Source of the DNA: Sporopachydermia quercuum
Taxonomy: Eukaryota
DNA length: 64,000 nt
Assembly (NCBI GenBank): GCA_001599295.1
Contig: BCGN01000002.1
Location: forward strand, 2,108,001 to 2,172,000
Reading direction: 5' to 3'
Made by a program: the position numbers and the translations under genes. The notes beneath the pieces were generated by a model. That model was given only the letters and a program-made list of their open reading frames with translations, was not told the origin of the DNA and ran no database searches. Shown in pieces: positions 35,463 to 47,967 of this stretch. Every line of letters begins with the position of its first letter. Within the stretch, counting starts at the first letter, position 1.

Positions 35463-38400
35463 GATTAAATGTTCAGGTATACTAATAAATACAATTCTCT
35501 TATGGTAAAATCAATAATATTTACCAACGTAAATCCTTTCGCAATCATCAGCTCTNCAAGGAAATTGTACGTATATTTTTACCATTTCAAAGGGTGTTTG
35601 GGAGGTAGGTATATTGAGGGTTAGAAGATGGCGAATTGTTTGATAAGGAGTACAAAGCGCTTCCCCAGTTTTTTTGAGATTTGATGTCACATGGAATTCG
35701 CCTTCAATTATTGGAATGGGTATTTGGAGCTGTGCGTTGGGACAAGGGAATTGTTGATTATGTGAACTTATAAACAGGAAGCAGGGATGGTTATCTAAGT
35801 TTGGTTAGAGATACCTAGGGCAGTGGCTTAGTTGGGTATTAGCTGAACTTGATGTAGTTTGCTCCTGTTTACAGAAATGATAATGGTTAGTTCTGAGACA
35901 ATACTTGACATTTTTAGAGTGGCTTATGTTATGAGAATTACAATCAACGGGATCAGCCAAATACGGTTCTCCGAGAATGGTGATGAGTTCTTCGAAGTAT
36001 AATCTATAAAGTCGCATTCGAATTTTTGTTCTACAATCTTTATTTCAGTAATGATTATCATACTTGATTTATTCTCTTCTTTCTTCAGTAGAGTCGACAA
36101 TTCAGTGATCGATCGGGCTTATTCTATCATGTAAAATGGGAGAGACCTAAATATCCTCCCCAACAAGCATCCGGATTCTCTACCGAATTCCCTGCTGATT
36201 CCGCAACAACGAAAATTACAAGACTCAAAATTGAACCTTCTTGTAGCTAAGTACCTCACTACTAGATAATATACAACTGCAGTAGCAACTATTCTCATCT
36301 TGAAACTCTCCGAAAGTTTTACGACTTGTTTCTTTGATAAAATAAATACCTTTTGCCGTTGAAACGAAATAAAGTTAGTGTTTAGTGGACCCATTAAATT
36401 GAAACCTCCAATAGAGCCTTCAGCTGATTGCAAATAAAGTTAACGTTTAGTTGTATCGTTAAATGGAACTTTTTTTGAGATAACCAAGAATAAAAAGGTA
36501 NCATAATAATTCTCACAAACTTTAAAACCTTTGGATAATGTATTCTTTTTTTTTTTCAATAGTTTTTGGGGATGTTCTGAGAAAGAAATAACAATATTAT
36601 GTTTATACGAATACCCACCAAACTTGAGGACTTATAATACCATATATAACTCACTTTATGTTCATTTATTTTCATTGATCCCAAGGTAGCAATCTTATAA
36701 CGAGAGATGATCAATCAATGACTGATAAAAGCTAACCAGAAAGTAATAGCAAGTGCTCTCTTTGAAATTCACCCGGTTCAGATGGCCAAAAACGTCGTTG
36801 GAATTGTTTTCAATAATACTTCACAATTGATCTACCATTTCCTTTTTTATTTTTGAGCATTTTCTTTACTTTTTCTGTCAATCGAGAGTTTTTCATTAAT
36901 GTTTCCAATAAGTCCTCAGAGAAGGCTAATTTTACAGAAAATAATCAAACGATTGCTGTAACCAGACTCAGTAGCTTTAGAATAGGATAGTTTATTTTAT
37001 TGTATTGCACAATCATTATTTGAAGGCCGGAATTACCGATTCTAGGGTCTTTAACGGACAGCAATGACTAATCGACTCAGTTGACGTGGTAAGACACATT
37101 GCTATTTTATCAATTGAAGTGATTCAAATGGGATAAATAATTGTAAAGCAGCAAAAGTAATCGAAGCTAAGGAGATCGTTTTACAAAAGAATATGCTTGC
37201 TACATATAGTGATACCATCATCAGAAAAATTATCTTCTTCTGCTTAAAATACTATAACTACAGTTTGGCGTGAAGCCCGTTTATTGACTATAAGCAATTC
37301 GAATATACAGAACATACATAAGTTTATTTATAAGGAAGTATTGCATAAACCTTTGAGGTACTATTTCTTCTTTTACTACTATTTGATTGATCACACTGGG
37401 ACGCAGAAAGAGAATTCTAGATATTAATGAAGAATATAGTTATAATGTAGATTGCTTTTTCCACATTGAAAGTTCTCATACCCATAAAACGAGAAATTAC
37501 TCTAGAAGGATTACTTAAATACAGTCACGCAACAGAAGGAGATTGATATACTAAATAGAATTCACTGCCCCGACTTGAATTAACTTACCCATTAACTGTT
37601 CTTCCTACTCACATTATGAGGTAAACAATTATAATAAAATTAAGTAATCAAGCTAGTAGAAGCCTTATATACCCTCCAAGAAGTATCAAATGGTTGGTTT
37701 TCTTTCAGTGTGGGGTCTCATTAGGTCGCACATCGGATAAGATTATCTTTATTCGGTACTCGGCGATCATTGCAACACGAATGTTTGACGATTCCTCAGT
37801 CTTGCAATCAAGATACATATAAAACACTACTAGCTGGTCTTCAAACCCGGTCTGCTATATGTTGGTACAAACAGAATATTTGCTCCGAAAAAGTACTTAT
37901 ATTATTGATTGATACGGACGATATCCAAATATTGTCTTGAAGTTGTTGAGTATTTATATCGACAAAATACAACCTCGATTGATTCATCAAATCAAAAAAT
38001 ATGTATAACAAAGAGTTTCATTTCTATTACGAAATCTTAGATGCAGTGAATGAATTCAGTCGGAACCTCGATCAAATATTATTAAAAGTATTTTTTGGCA
38101 ACTATCATATTAATGAGCCAGGAACGGACAGAACAGAAGTTTTAGCTCTTTGAAAAATATACCTAATATAGAACTGTCTCATCTCAGACCCTAATAACCT
38201 TCTTTTAATTTTTTTTTTGAACCGGCATTTAATCTTCAATGAACGAAGTAATAAAGTGTGCTTGAAAATCCCGGGCTACAACCCTAAAATTGGTTTCAGT
38301 TTATATAATAATAATTAATTATTTAAGTTTGCTTAGCCTTGAATTTGAATCTTGTCTCTGAGATTCTCGATTTGATTGCCTGCCTGATTCAGTCATTTTA

Positions 38401-39965
38401 GATAGTCAACAGACCTACTGATGTAATTCCAATTTGAAAGTCTTTATTAGATTATAGTGCAGCCAAAGCCTAATTTCTCACATCGTAAAACTAGAAGAAA
38501 ACTGAAAGCTGATAATGATGTATTTATTATTCCCATCGATATCAAACTTTTTCTCAATCAAATATTTCAATCGAAACCAATATATGCTCACCACTTTGAA
38601 TAAGGTTTGGAGGATTTCCACTTGAGTTCTTACCTCATCTGACTGGATTACTATCTTGGGGTCTCCACCTTAGAAACGAAGAAAGCACCATGCTATATAA
38701 GCTTGTTCGGGTAATTGTCACATGTGATGATTACTTCTTTAGTAAAGCAAAAGATACTTCCATGTAATGTAATTACCAAGTTAGTCTATCCTCCTTTCTA
38801 AGTATTTGCTCGTAATCAGGTACTGTCAAGTAAACACTACATGATTGGAGTTTAAAGCTTTTGGCGGTGAGGAACAATTGTCTCATCATACCGAACTTCA
38901 CTTGAGCCTGATGACAACAAGCAACTTAGAACCATATATTGTTAATGACTGATATATGGCTAAACAGCTACAAAGTGATTTTAAGTACAATCTTAAGATC
39001 TAATTGATTTTAAACCTCAGAATCAATATTCTAGGTTCACCGTAAGCGCAATTGAGAGCATAAAATAATATCTTACCCCGTTTGCAGCAGCTCAATCTGT
39101 AGCTCTTATATTATAATAGCNACTTAGATAAGCAGAATAATTCGAGACTCCCCGTGTCATTTTGACAAAACATATATATATCATTTCGTATCATTTAGCT
39201 TGTTTGAGGAATCAATAGATGGGAACTATCTATTTTCTTTCTCGGACGTTTTACTTCTGTGTTTCATTCAATTTTTCAGTCGTTACCCCATACAAATTTA
39301 TTTGATTTAGCCTTGTAGTCAAATACAGTAATTCTTTTTGGAGTAATACTTATTGAACGAGTCAGGTTCGTTCCTATATCTACGTTTCTACCCTCCTCTG
39401 GGTCTTCCAATTCCAATGGGACTCAATTTAAGCGAGTATAGATTAAGTTTTTCATCAAAAGCGCTTATTTTTTAAGTGCATGGTTCTAGTAACCCAACTT
39501 CAGTAAGAACCATGCACATGTAATCACTTTTTTTGGGCAACAAAATCTCATCTCGAGAATCTTAACTTGAAATGGCATTCTGACCTTATTTGAAAAACCG
39601 ATGAACGAAAACATAATTAGTACTGGAACTTTATTCCCAACCTTAAAGTTACGCTGAACTAATTGGGAATACCACAAATATATAAGGTTCTGGAAAGCGG
39701 GTTAAGTTTTGAAATAGGCTTTCAACCAAACTTCAAGCGGAAAACCAACCAGTCCTCAGGCTAAACATAGTGACAAATATTTTGCGCTTTCAATTGAACT
39801 TTATTTCATTTTAACAATCACCTAATTCGACGATCTGCATACTTCAAATTACCCACTTCATCCATGCCGTTTTTCCTTTTTAGTAGTTCGCAGGAGATAA
39901 TTTCAGAAAATTTCTAAATCGGTAAATCATTGCATAGTTATTTATTCAACCTTCTGTTGATCCAT

Positions 39966-40350
39966 TACTAACTAATTTATTAATCTCTTTCCCCTTAGTT
40001 ACCAAATTGGCAATGCGAGCTTGGTTGTATGACAGAATTTGATTTTAAAACTTTACATACTATTTCCGAACTTTATTATCATATGCTCATCCACCGTTTC
40101 AAGTAACTATTTAGCTCTACTTATTCCCCATTCTCATTTCCATTTAAAGATAGTCTCATCCAGTGTTTATCGATTATGTTCTGTATTTCTTATTTTCTTT
40201 TATCTATTATACATATTTTATTTTCTTTTTCTCTTTGAATATATCAAAAAGCTGTATTTAATGTATAATTGATTCAACAGCGATACTAACATTCACTTAC
40301 AAAGTATCCAATTTCCTTTTATATAATTGGATACATTTACTATTTAACAG
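39966..40350 (+). other. Probable pair of 5'-leader introns upstream of the 309-aa gene
   Basis: TACTAAC at 39966, a pyrimidine tract and TAG at 39996-39998. A 28-nt exon follows, then GTATGA at 40027, TACTAAC at 40284, and an acceptor at AAG 40304 or CAG 40350. Confidence 0.5.
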
Positions 40351-40518
40351 GACACTACTAATAGATTATTGGCATCCTTATATAAACTACATTACGATTA
40401 CCTGTCAGCGACAAACACCAAATCTTAAGTGCTCATTTTTATAACAATTCAGTGAAACCCTCACACATAGTACAAGCATCTAATTCATCCTCAAATATAT
40501 AATCAGTTTCACATTATC

Positions 40519-41448
40519 ATGTCAAATATCCTCAGTCCAAAGAGTTCAGTTTTGCCGATGTTGAGGGAAAACCGAGACTCAGTCTCAACTAATGGAGCTG
40601 GGTATTTTTCTGGCCCAAGATTGAATACCAACAATTCCTGGTTGTTACCTGCTGCAGAATTATCTCCTAGACAGTATCCTGATGTGCATTTCACTCATGA
40701 ACGATACGCTCACAGCGCTATCTCGCCAGTTTTGCTATCACCAAGGCAAGAGGTTACTTTACCGCCAATTCCAAGATCCTTAAGTGTGNCATCAGCAGTT
40801 TTACCACCTATCAATTTTGCAATTGAAAGAAATTCTTCAGTTGTACCTTCGATCTTAAAACCGGTTATGGACTCAGAACAACAGTATAGCAGCTGCGATT
40901 TAAGTGATGGCTCATCTTATAATAGTGGTGTGTCCAATGTCCAGACATTCGGTTCATTTGGTTTCCATGATCCATTCCATAAAGGAAATTCGATCCTAGT
41001 CAGCAGTCAGACATATGGAGGCCGTGTAACTTCTCCAAGCACTTCAGGATCAACTGGATCTTACAATGAATCATTATCATCATCTAAACAAAGCTTAGTC
41101 AGTTCAATCGTCAACGTGAAGCGCAGCGTGAATCCGAACAAGAGGAGAAATAGTTCAAGCAGTATTAATAAGTTTCTGACGCCAATTCAGTCTGCAATAC
41201 CAAAGAAATTGGAGAAGTTTCACGTCATTTCTAAACCGGGATCGGGCTATAAGAAAAGAGACAGCAAGCTAGACATTTCCAGTATAATCAATGAATCGCC
41301 CAAAGGCTCGGGCAAACATAAGGAACACTTGGAAATGCATCATGATCATAGATTATTGAATAATTCTTCATACAGTACTTTTAGGCTAAAGCCTGCCAAA
41401 GCAGAAAAGAAAAGCAGCAAAAATCGTAAGACTCATCCTCAAGCTTAA
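40519..41448 (+). CDS. Uncharacterised Ser-rich, probably disordered protein with a basic C-terminus (possible nuclear regulator), 309 aa
   Basis: 930-nt ORF in AT-rich DNA with repeated LPPI motifs, SPR/SPK sites and a K/R-rich end. I recognise no folded domain. Confidence 0.7.
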   Translation: MSNILSPKSSVLPMLRENRDSVSTNGAGYFSGPRLNTNNSWLLPAAELSPRQYPDVHFTHERYAHSAISPVLLSPRQEVTLPPIPRSLSVXSAVLPPINFAIERNSSVVPSILKPVMDSEQQYSSCDLSDGSSYNSGVSNVQTFGSFGFHDPFHKGNSILVSSQTYGGRVTSPSTSGSTGSYNESLSSSKQSLVSSIVNVKRSVNPNKRRNSSSSINKFLTPIQSAIPKKLEKFHVISKPGSGYKKRDSKLDISSIINESPKGSGKHKEHLEMHHDHRLLNNSSYSTFRLKPAKAEKKSSKNRKTHPQA

Positions 41449-44400
41449 ATTGAGCAACCAAGTGTATTAATATTTTTATTTTCTCTCTCTGGTGGCTTCA
41501 AGGAATTATATACGATAATATGAATCACTAATGAACGGATGGTAGTGATTATCATCTGTCTTATTTTTATTCTTCACTTTCAATGGGTTATCAGGTTTAA
41601 CGGTTAATTTATGTAAAAATAGGAATCTATAGTATCATATAGAATATAATATATTTAATGAAATAAAACACAATGCTATTGATATTGAAAACATGCTTCA
41701 TTCACATTTGGGAGCATGTTAGATTAGAATACTCGAGCCGAGATTCCAGAGCATTGGGTTGTATCTTCCAAATAATAGTAGAAATAACCAGTGTGAGGGA
41801 CATCTCGTTTTTGACTCGATGGATGATTCACTTTAAAACAGGCGAGCAAAATGTGACTTGTAAGTATAACATACGGCACTGGCTANATGCATGATAGATC
41901 TCTTTCATAAGTATTGTAGCCTTTTCCTTTGATGAAAATAATATCCTTTGAAACATGGAGTATCTTCTGCCCAGCCGCTTGGTAGTTAAGTGAGAAATTG
42001 TCAACCGACGATATCATTCTGTTCATTTGTTCCATTCCTTTTTTTCTGGGATTTCTTATTCCAACCATTCTGACATGCGCACTGTCATTATTGGTCTAGA
42101 CTATATAATTAGTAAATTGAAAATGAAACTGTTCGTAAAAGCAAAAGAGATTGAGTAATTCCAGTCTATCTTGATAGAGTTATAGTTGTGTCGCTACTGA
42201 TGAGCACCATTTATAGTTAAGTTGTGGGAGTTTCAGGTTATCATGATCCGTAAGTATCCAGTACAAGCTTCAAACTCTAGAAGTTAATAGCTCATCACCT
42301 TATGTAATGTATAGTTTCCAACCAATGTCATAATGTACGCTAATTAATGAGATATATCAATCTTTTTGAGAGTACAGTGTAACATTAATTTCTAAAGTGG
42401 TATTTTGGAGACCTTTTTTTTATTTGGTGTGTTCATCAAAAACAGTTATCTAAATGCTGATGCAATGGAAATGCACCTCTCAATTGGAAGTAGCCCATTC
42501 AACTGTTTGTGTGAAATACATTGGCAATCCCCTGTATCGGAATACGATGCAAATGTTTGTTCAATAGTTTGAAGATGGTATTAAGGTATAGTTTGAAATA
42601 CCAAATTGACTAGCAAGTCTAACACTTCAATACAGTTTGACATACGAACCGATGTCATATGCCAACACCAACCAATTATGGAAATACTTTATTGGTGTTT
42701 TTCGTCTAGAAACGTTAGTAGTGGATTAGAACTACTTTATTAGTCCAAGTGATACTTGGCGTGCATACCAAAGTTCTTCCCCTAACGAAAATTAGCTATG
42801 ACACTCTAGTTTAAAGTTCAACTACGAATTACCTGCTTTTGTCAGCGTCAAAGTGGTGTTGGGTTGTCTCATTTAACTTTAAGGTGGAAGGTAAACGTTA
42901 ATCCCCATTTAGTAAGAAAATACCGATTGTACCTAGTTATTTACAAATTTAATAGGTGCAAGTTATATAGAGGCAACATTCATATTCCGAATATTTTCAA
43001 TTAAATTTTCAATTGTTTTTCCAAGAGCTAACCTGTTTTTTGCTCGATACACCTCGAACTTTATCAAAACATTAGGCTCATTGTAGTTTAAAGCGGTAGC
43101 TCACGAGAATCGGCACGTCATCATAGGTTTGTGTTTAAAGGTTTGGTATGTGAGGATCTATGATAATAACTTGGTTAATTTTTTTGTACTTTATTTCTCT
43201 CTTCCTAGGTTCAATCGGCCAACAATTAAGTTCTTTTGTATGAGAGGGCGGTGAATTGAGTTGATCAGTTTATTAGAAGTTCAAACAATTATAAAATGAT
43301 AATATAATGAGGCATCGTATGACGCTTGAAGTCAATATGCTTTGGTTCTAATAAGTCGTAGTACATCTGCCAGGTTGGTGATCGATAAAGGATTGTTTTC
43401 AAATGCCAGTATTTTCTACTTAGGTTTTCTTGCAGTTATGTGTCAAAAATATAGTTCTGTTCTAAGTAGTTAACGCTAATGCAATATTCCTTTTTAAGGA
43501 CTATCTCCCATTATAATAGATATTTTTGTCGACTAATTCATGGGATTAAAATGGATTGTCACATCAAAATTCCTTATTTTGAATTACGAGCTACCATTTT
43601 TTTGGAGATACTGTATAGAATACAGTCAGGAACATAAACTACAGGGCTATCGATTCCAGATGTATATATAATATGGAAGTAATGTTAAATATTCCTAATG
43701 GAAGAAACCTGTTATGATGTTTTCAATTTGAAGAATCAGATTAGAATCTGTTTATTATCACATTTACAAATTAAAAGAATATATCTCCATAAAAACTGAG
43801 ATGACAATGGAGATTGAAACAGAACTGAACAACAAATATTCTACCGTATTTTTTCGTTCCCAGTATCAGTATCTTCTATATTTATCAGTATTCATTTGAT
43901 CTTTTGGGCAAGGTCATTAAACGATAACAGTCAAACCAAAGAACTTAGGTCAACTGGAATTCATGGCTTAACATGATGCCTGCCTGCGTCAGCTAGTTGC
44001 TTCTCCTGTGTCGTAACTGAATACGGTAATATGCCAAAGCTCAAAACAAAATATGATTACCACATGGAGCAATGAGGTTGGATACTCAATGAAGTTAAAG
44101 TATGCCTTTGCCGTATTTAGTAATTAATGTAAAAGCATTTGACCAGAGTGGAAAGCCAGCTAGGCTAATAATTACTTAGTGCACTAATTAGGTAATACCC
44201 TCATATGAGTATCAAAACTTAAATCTTAAACTTGATACTTTTGATTATTAACCGAAGACTCAAGGTAGGTACGGTGTCTTGAGCAGTAACAGCTTCATCA
44301 GGACAGCTCGGGATTTGCCTCCATAACAACGTGTTACGTTACAGGTAAAGTCTTTTTGCTGATAGGTAAATTATCAAAACTCTTCGNACTTAGGATGTGA

Positions 44401-44601
44401 GGAGAAATTAAAGGAGTTTCAGCATTGTTTATTCAAGTCATAATATCAATTAGGAAACTGATACTTTGCCTGAGTTCAGGTCTTCAAGTCAATCATAGAC
44501 TTTACTATCACTAGGTAATTGTCAACTTTTGTTGAACCATGAATGACTCTCGAAACAAATACCTGCTTGTGGCAATCAGTTCAACCAGTGAGAAGTATTT
44601 A

Positions 44602-44640
44602 TGGATACAATCTTGGATACAATCTTGGATACAATCTTGG
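44602..44640. repeat. Perfect 12-bp tandem repeat (TGGATACAATCT) x3.25
   Basis: Read directly at 44602, 44614 and 44626, followed by a degenerate copy. Confidence 0.9.
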
Positions 44641-47600
44641 CTTCAAACTTGTTTGGATCCTTCTTATATAACGCCTTTCTATATTTTAATAGTATTGATT
44701 TCTAGGAATTGTTTGACCTGTTCAGCTTACAAATAGAATCGTTTGTAGCTATTGGCCACATTTGTCTACAGACCAGTGAACAAACATTCTGTCACATAAA
44801 AGCAAGACAGTAAAATGCAAGATAGTAAAAAAAAGGGGGAATAATAGTTAAGCCCTTAAGAAAGAAATCGATCACTGAATAGTANTATTTCTAGTTGAGA
44901 TAGCGGACCGATAATGGTTCTACAATAATTTGCAACTAATATTTTCATTATCAAGTCACAATCTTGGAGAATCAATATTTCAATCTCTCTAAATAGCCTT
45001 TCAATGGATAGGTCCGAGGAACAATAATTTAAAGTAACGATTGTGCGACACTTCGCCTCGTTCAGGGCCTACTCGTATTTCTGATCGTAAATGCCCGTTA
45101 TTGGCAAATATGACAAAAACTTCCTTTTTCCATNTTGAGATAACGTAAACCTAATCATGCAATTTAAATTTAATGTGATATTTTGAATTAAAAATCGTAC
45201 TTCTTAATAGGGTAGTCACCACTATGTTTTTTATGAACTTTATTCAGTTACTCATCGAACCCTATTTGTTGGGTAGATGAATGGGTTGATCACACAGCTG
45301 ACCTTCGTCCACTAGCTAATTGTCAAATGTTTTGACATAGATAGTTTCGTAAATACCACTTTTCAGCATACAGTGAATACTTTGTGCTAGTTTTTGAAAA
45401 TACTAGTAAGAAGAACTTTTGCTGAAACCTTGAATGAGATGAATCAAAGCTGAAAGTGTGAGAAATTTTAGTATTGCAAGAATTCCAAATCTCTCGGGAT
45501 AAAAGGTATTACTACTACTATCAAATGTTGGATATTGATTGACCAAATCACCTTCTTTTCGAAAGGCGAAACGAAGAAAGATGGTAACCTTTGCAAACAA
45601 ATTAAAATTAGAAAGGATTTTATAATCTTGCCGATTATTTGTCATCACTGAAAAATAAGTCAGATGGATCTTTAGGGAGAGGAACTAACTGCATTAAACA
45701 CTCTGTTTTCTATATCTTTCCAAACGCGATTTATAAAGGATATATCAGAATAATAATGACAGAATGAGAACCATATAAAAATAACATGATACTGGGTACT
45801 CCATATATAATGCAATGATAACTACGATACTTTTGTCTTTTTTTTAGTTTAAACAATTATATTGAGCCTCCCCATACTCTTCTGATAATCTGTAACAGTT
45901 AGCTCTCTGCCTATATCATAAAGCCATTTTATCCCCCCAGAAACCGTTGGAATAATTTGAAGTTATTTTAAGCAGATTAGTACATCATCTCTCATTATGA
46001 CATCATTATACATCTATATGTATCTATCAAGGATTTATTGAAACCTTAATTTACATCTTGACCTCACAATATTTGTCAACAAACAAGTGGGCTTGAATGT
46101 TATATTGCTTACCAAAACAAACAATAGTTTACTAGATTTGATAGAGAGCCATAAATGCACTGACGACATCGGCAAGGAACTATAATTTTATTCCTGATTT
46201 ACTCTAGTGACTGACGGTAAATCTTAATGTCAGTACCAATTATTGAGTGCTCCAGTTTGATTCATATCAGAAATAAAAAATAAATATGTAGGAGATAGAG
46301 TAGTGAATAAATATACGTATGTTGCACTATAGAAACCAATTTATTCGCAGCAGTTGTTGAAGATATTTGTTGATGCGATATTATGCCCAATATTTTCATT
46401 GACTCAAATCCCTGTTTAAAGTTCTGTTAGGGGAAAAGGAATTGACGAAGTTTAATATTACATAAATTCATTCACGAGTCGGCTATTATCAAATTAATGG
46501 TACCTTATGATATCACTGAACAAATAAATCAGAGTTTTTTTAATGGTAATTTTCAAAAACTAAATATTAGCTGGTTGATAGGAGCTTGTTATCTCTCTAT
46601 TCTTTGTTGGAAATAGCCTTCGATAGTCTTCTCCAAATTCAAAACTAAATGCTCAATTCCAAACCTTGAAGGAATTTATAAACGCTAATTGGACTATGCA
46701 TATCAAGACATTACTTTATTACTACTTTCTTGTAAGCTTCGGCAAATCTTACTATTATACACCTTACTCAAAGGCTCGTTACGTTCATTGAAAAGGTGTC
46801 AACTATCCAAACCAACATCTGGTATATGCATATAAATATGAGTCAATACTTGAAAATGAATGCCTTATATATACAACTTTTCAGGTTGCATCAATATAAC
46901 CTAGCACTCTTGGCAGACCCAATGCACTACCTATTTTCTTGGTCCTCAAGTTCATGTATCTCTCATTCCCATTCTCAAGGCAGTGCCACCTTCTCAAGTT
47001 TCTTCACCTGTATTTATATACATTAAAGCTCTCACTTCCCAAATTCCTCTACCGATTAACATCATTTACTATCTCAGTTGTTCTCACTTTTCTAGCTTCT
47101 AGCGCTATCTTGACATATTATCTCAGTCATACATCGCAATTAATCACTCAACTACTATTCACCATTTTTCTCCTGCACTTACTATTGACTTTTGAGCGTG
47201 ACTTAAGGTTTATGCGCAGTATCTGCAGTTTTATGCACCTTCCTTAACTCAATCCACAACCACAAATGCCCCTGTTGCCCACATTTTCGACTTTATATTA
47301 AGAAAAGTATATTCCTTTAGTCTGTGATCGTCACCTTTTTCTGTTGCAGAACAATTGTTTATTCCTTATCACGGACTTCACTTTATTCACAACGTGTAGA
47401 AAGTTACGCCCTGAGTTGCTTGTGAAAGGGATTCAATAAGNGTTGCGTTGTTGTAGTGAATTCACTTCAGCCTACTGTTTCAACTCCTGAAGAAGGCTTG
47501 TTGACCGACCACCGACAGTGAACCTATGTTTATGGAAACTCAAGAGTAACGATTACTTTCTTGCTCCATAAAAAAGAAACTGGGAAAAATTTTTTGATAC

Positions 47601-47967
47601 AATTTTGACATTTCCGGTACCTGAAACTATAACCGTTGTTTTTCTAGGCTGACTGTTTCAAAGATTCCGGGAAGGATTTGAACTGACAACAATTCCATTG
47701 TGATTAAGTGACATATCCGACATCTCCGACAAGCATTTTCAATAGAAGTGTAATCAGGGTGTCTTGAGAGTTGAGAGTTGAGTAGAATAATTCGAGACCT
47801 CTGTGAAAACCTTTTTTGTTGCTTCAGCCAGATTTACACTTCAAGCTATTGATTCAAAATACAGTGTCAACTTATAGGAGCAACTGAAGCCTCTATAGAT
47901 TCACATTCGCACTCACATTCAAATTCAGGCTCTACACTGAGCCCCAGCAATACCCAGTAATTTTATA

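Noticed and set aside
35463..47967. Short ORFs, tRNAs, snRNAs or LTR/transposon remnants in the large intergenic regions
   Set aside because: The ORFs have low-complexity AT-rich composition. I saw no tRNA cloverleaf or B-box, no U-snRNA signature, and no LTR pair or transposase/RT motif by eye. Degenerate elements cannot be excluded without a search.
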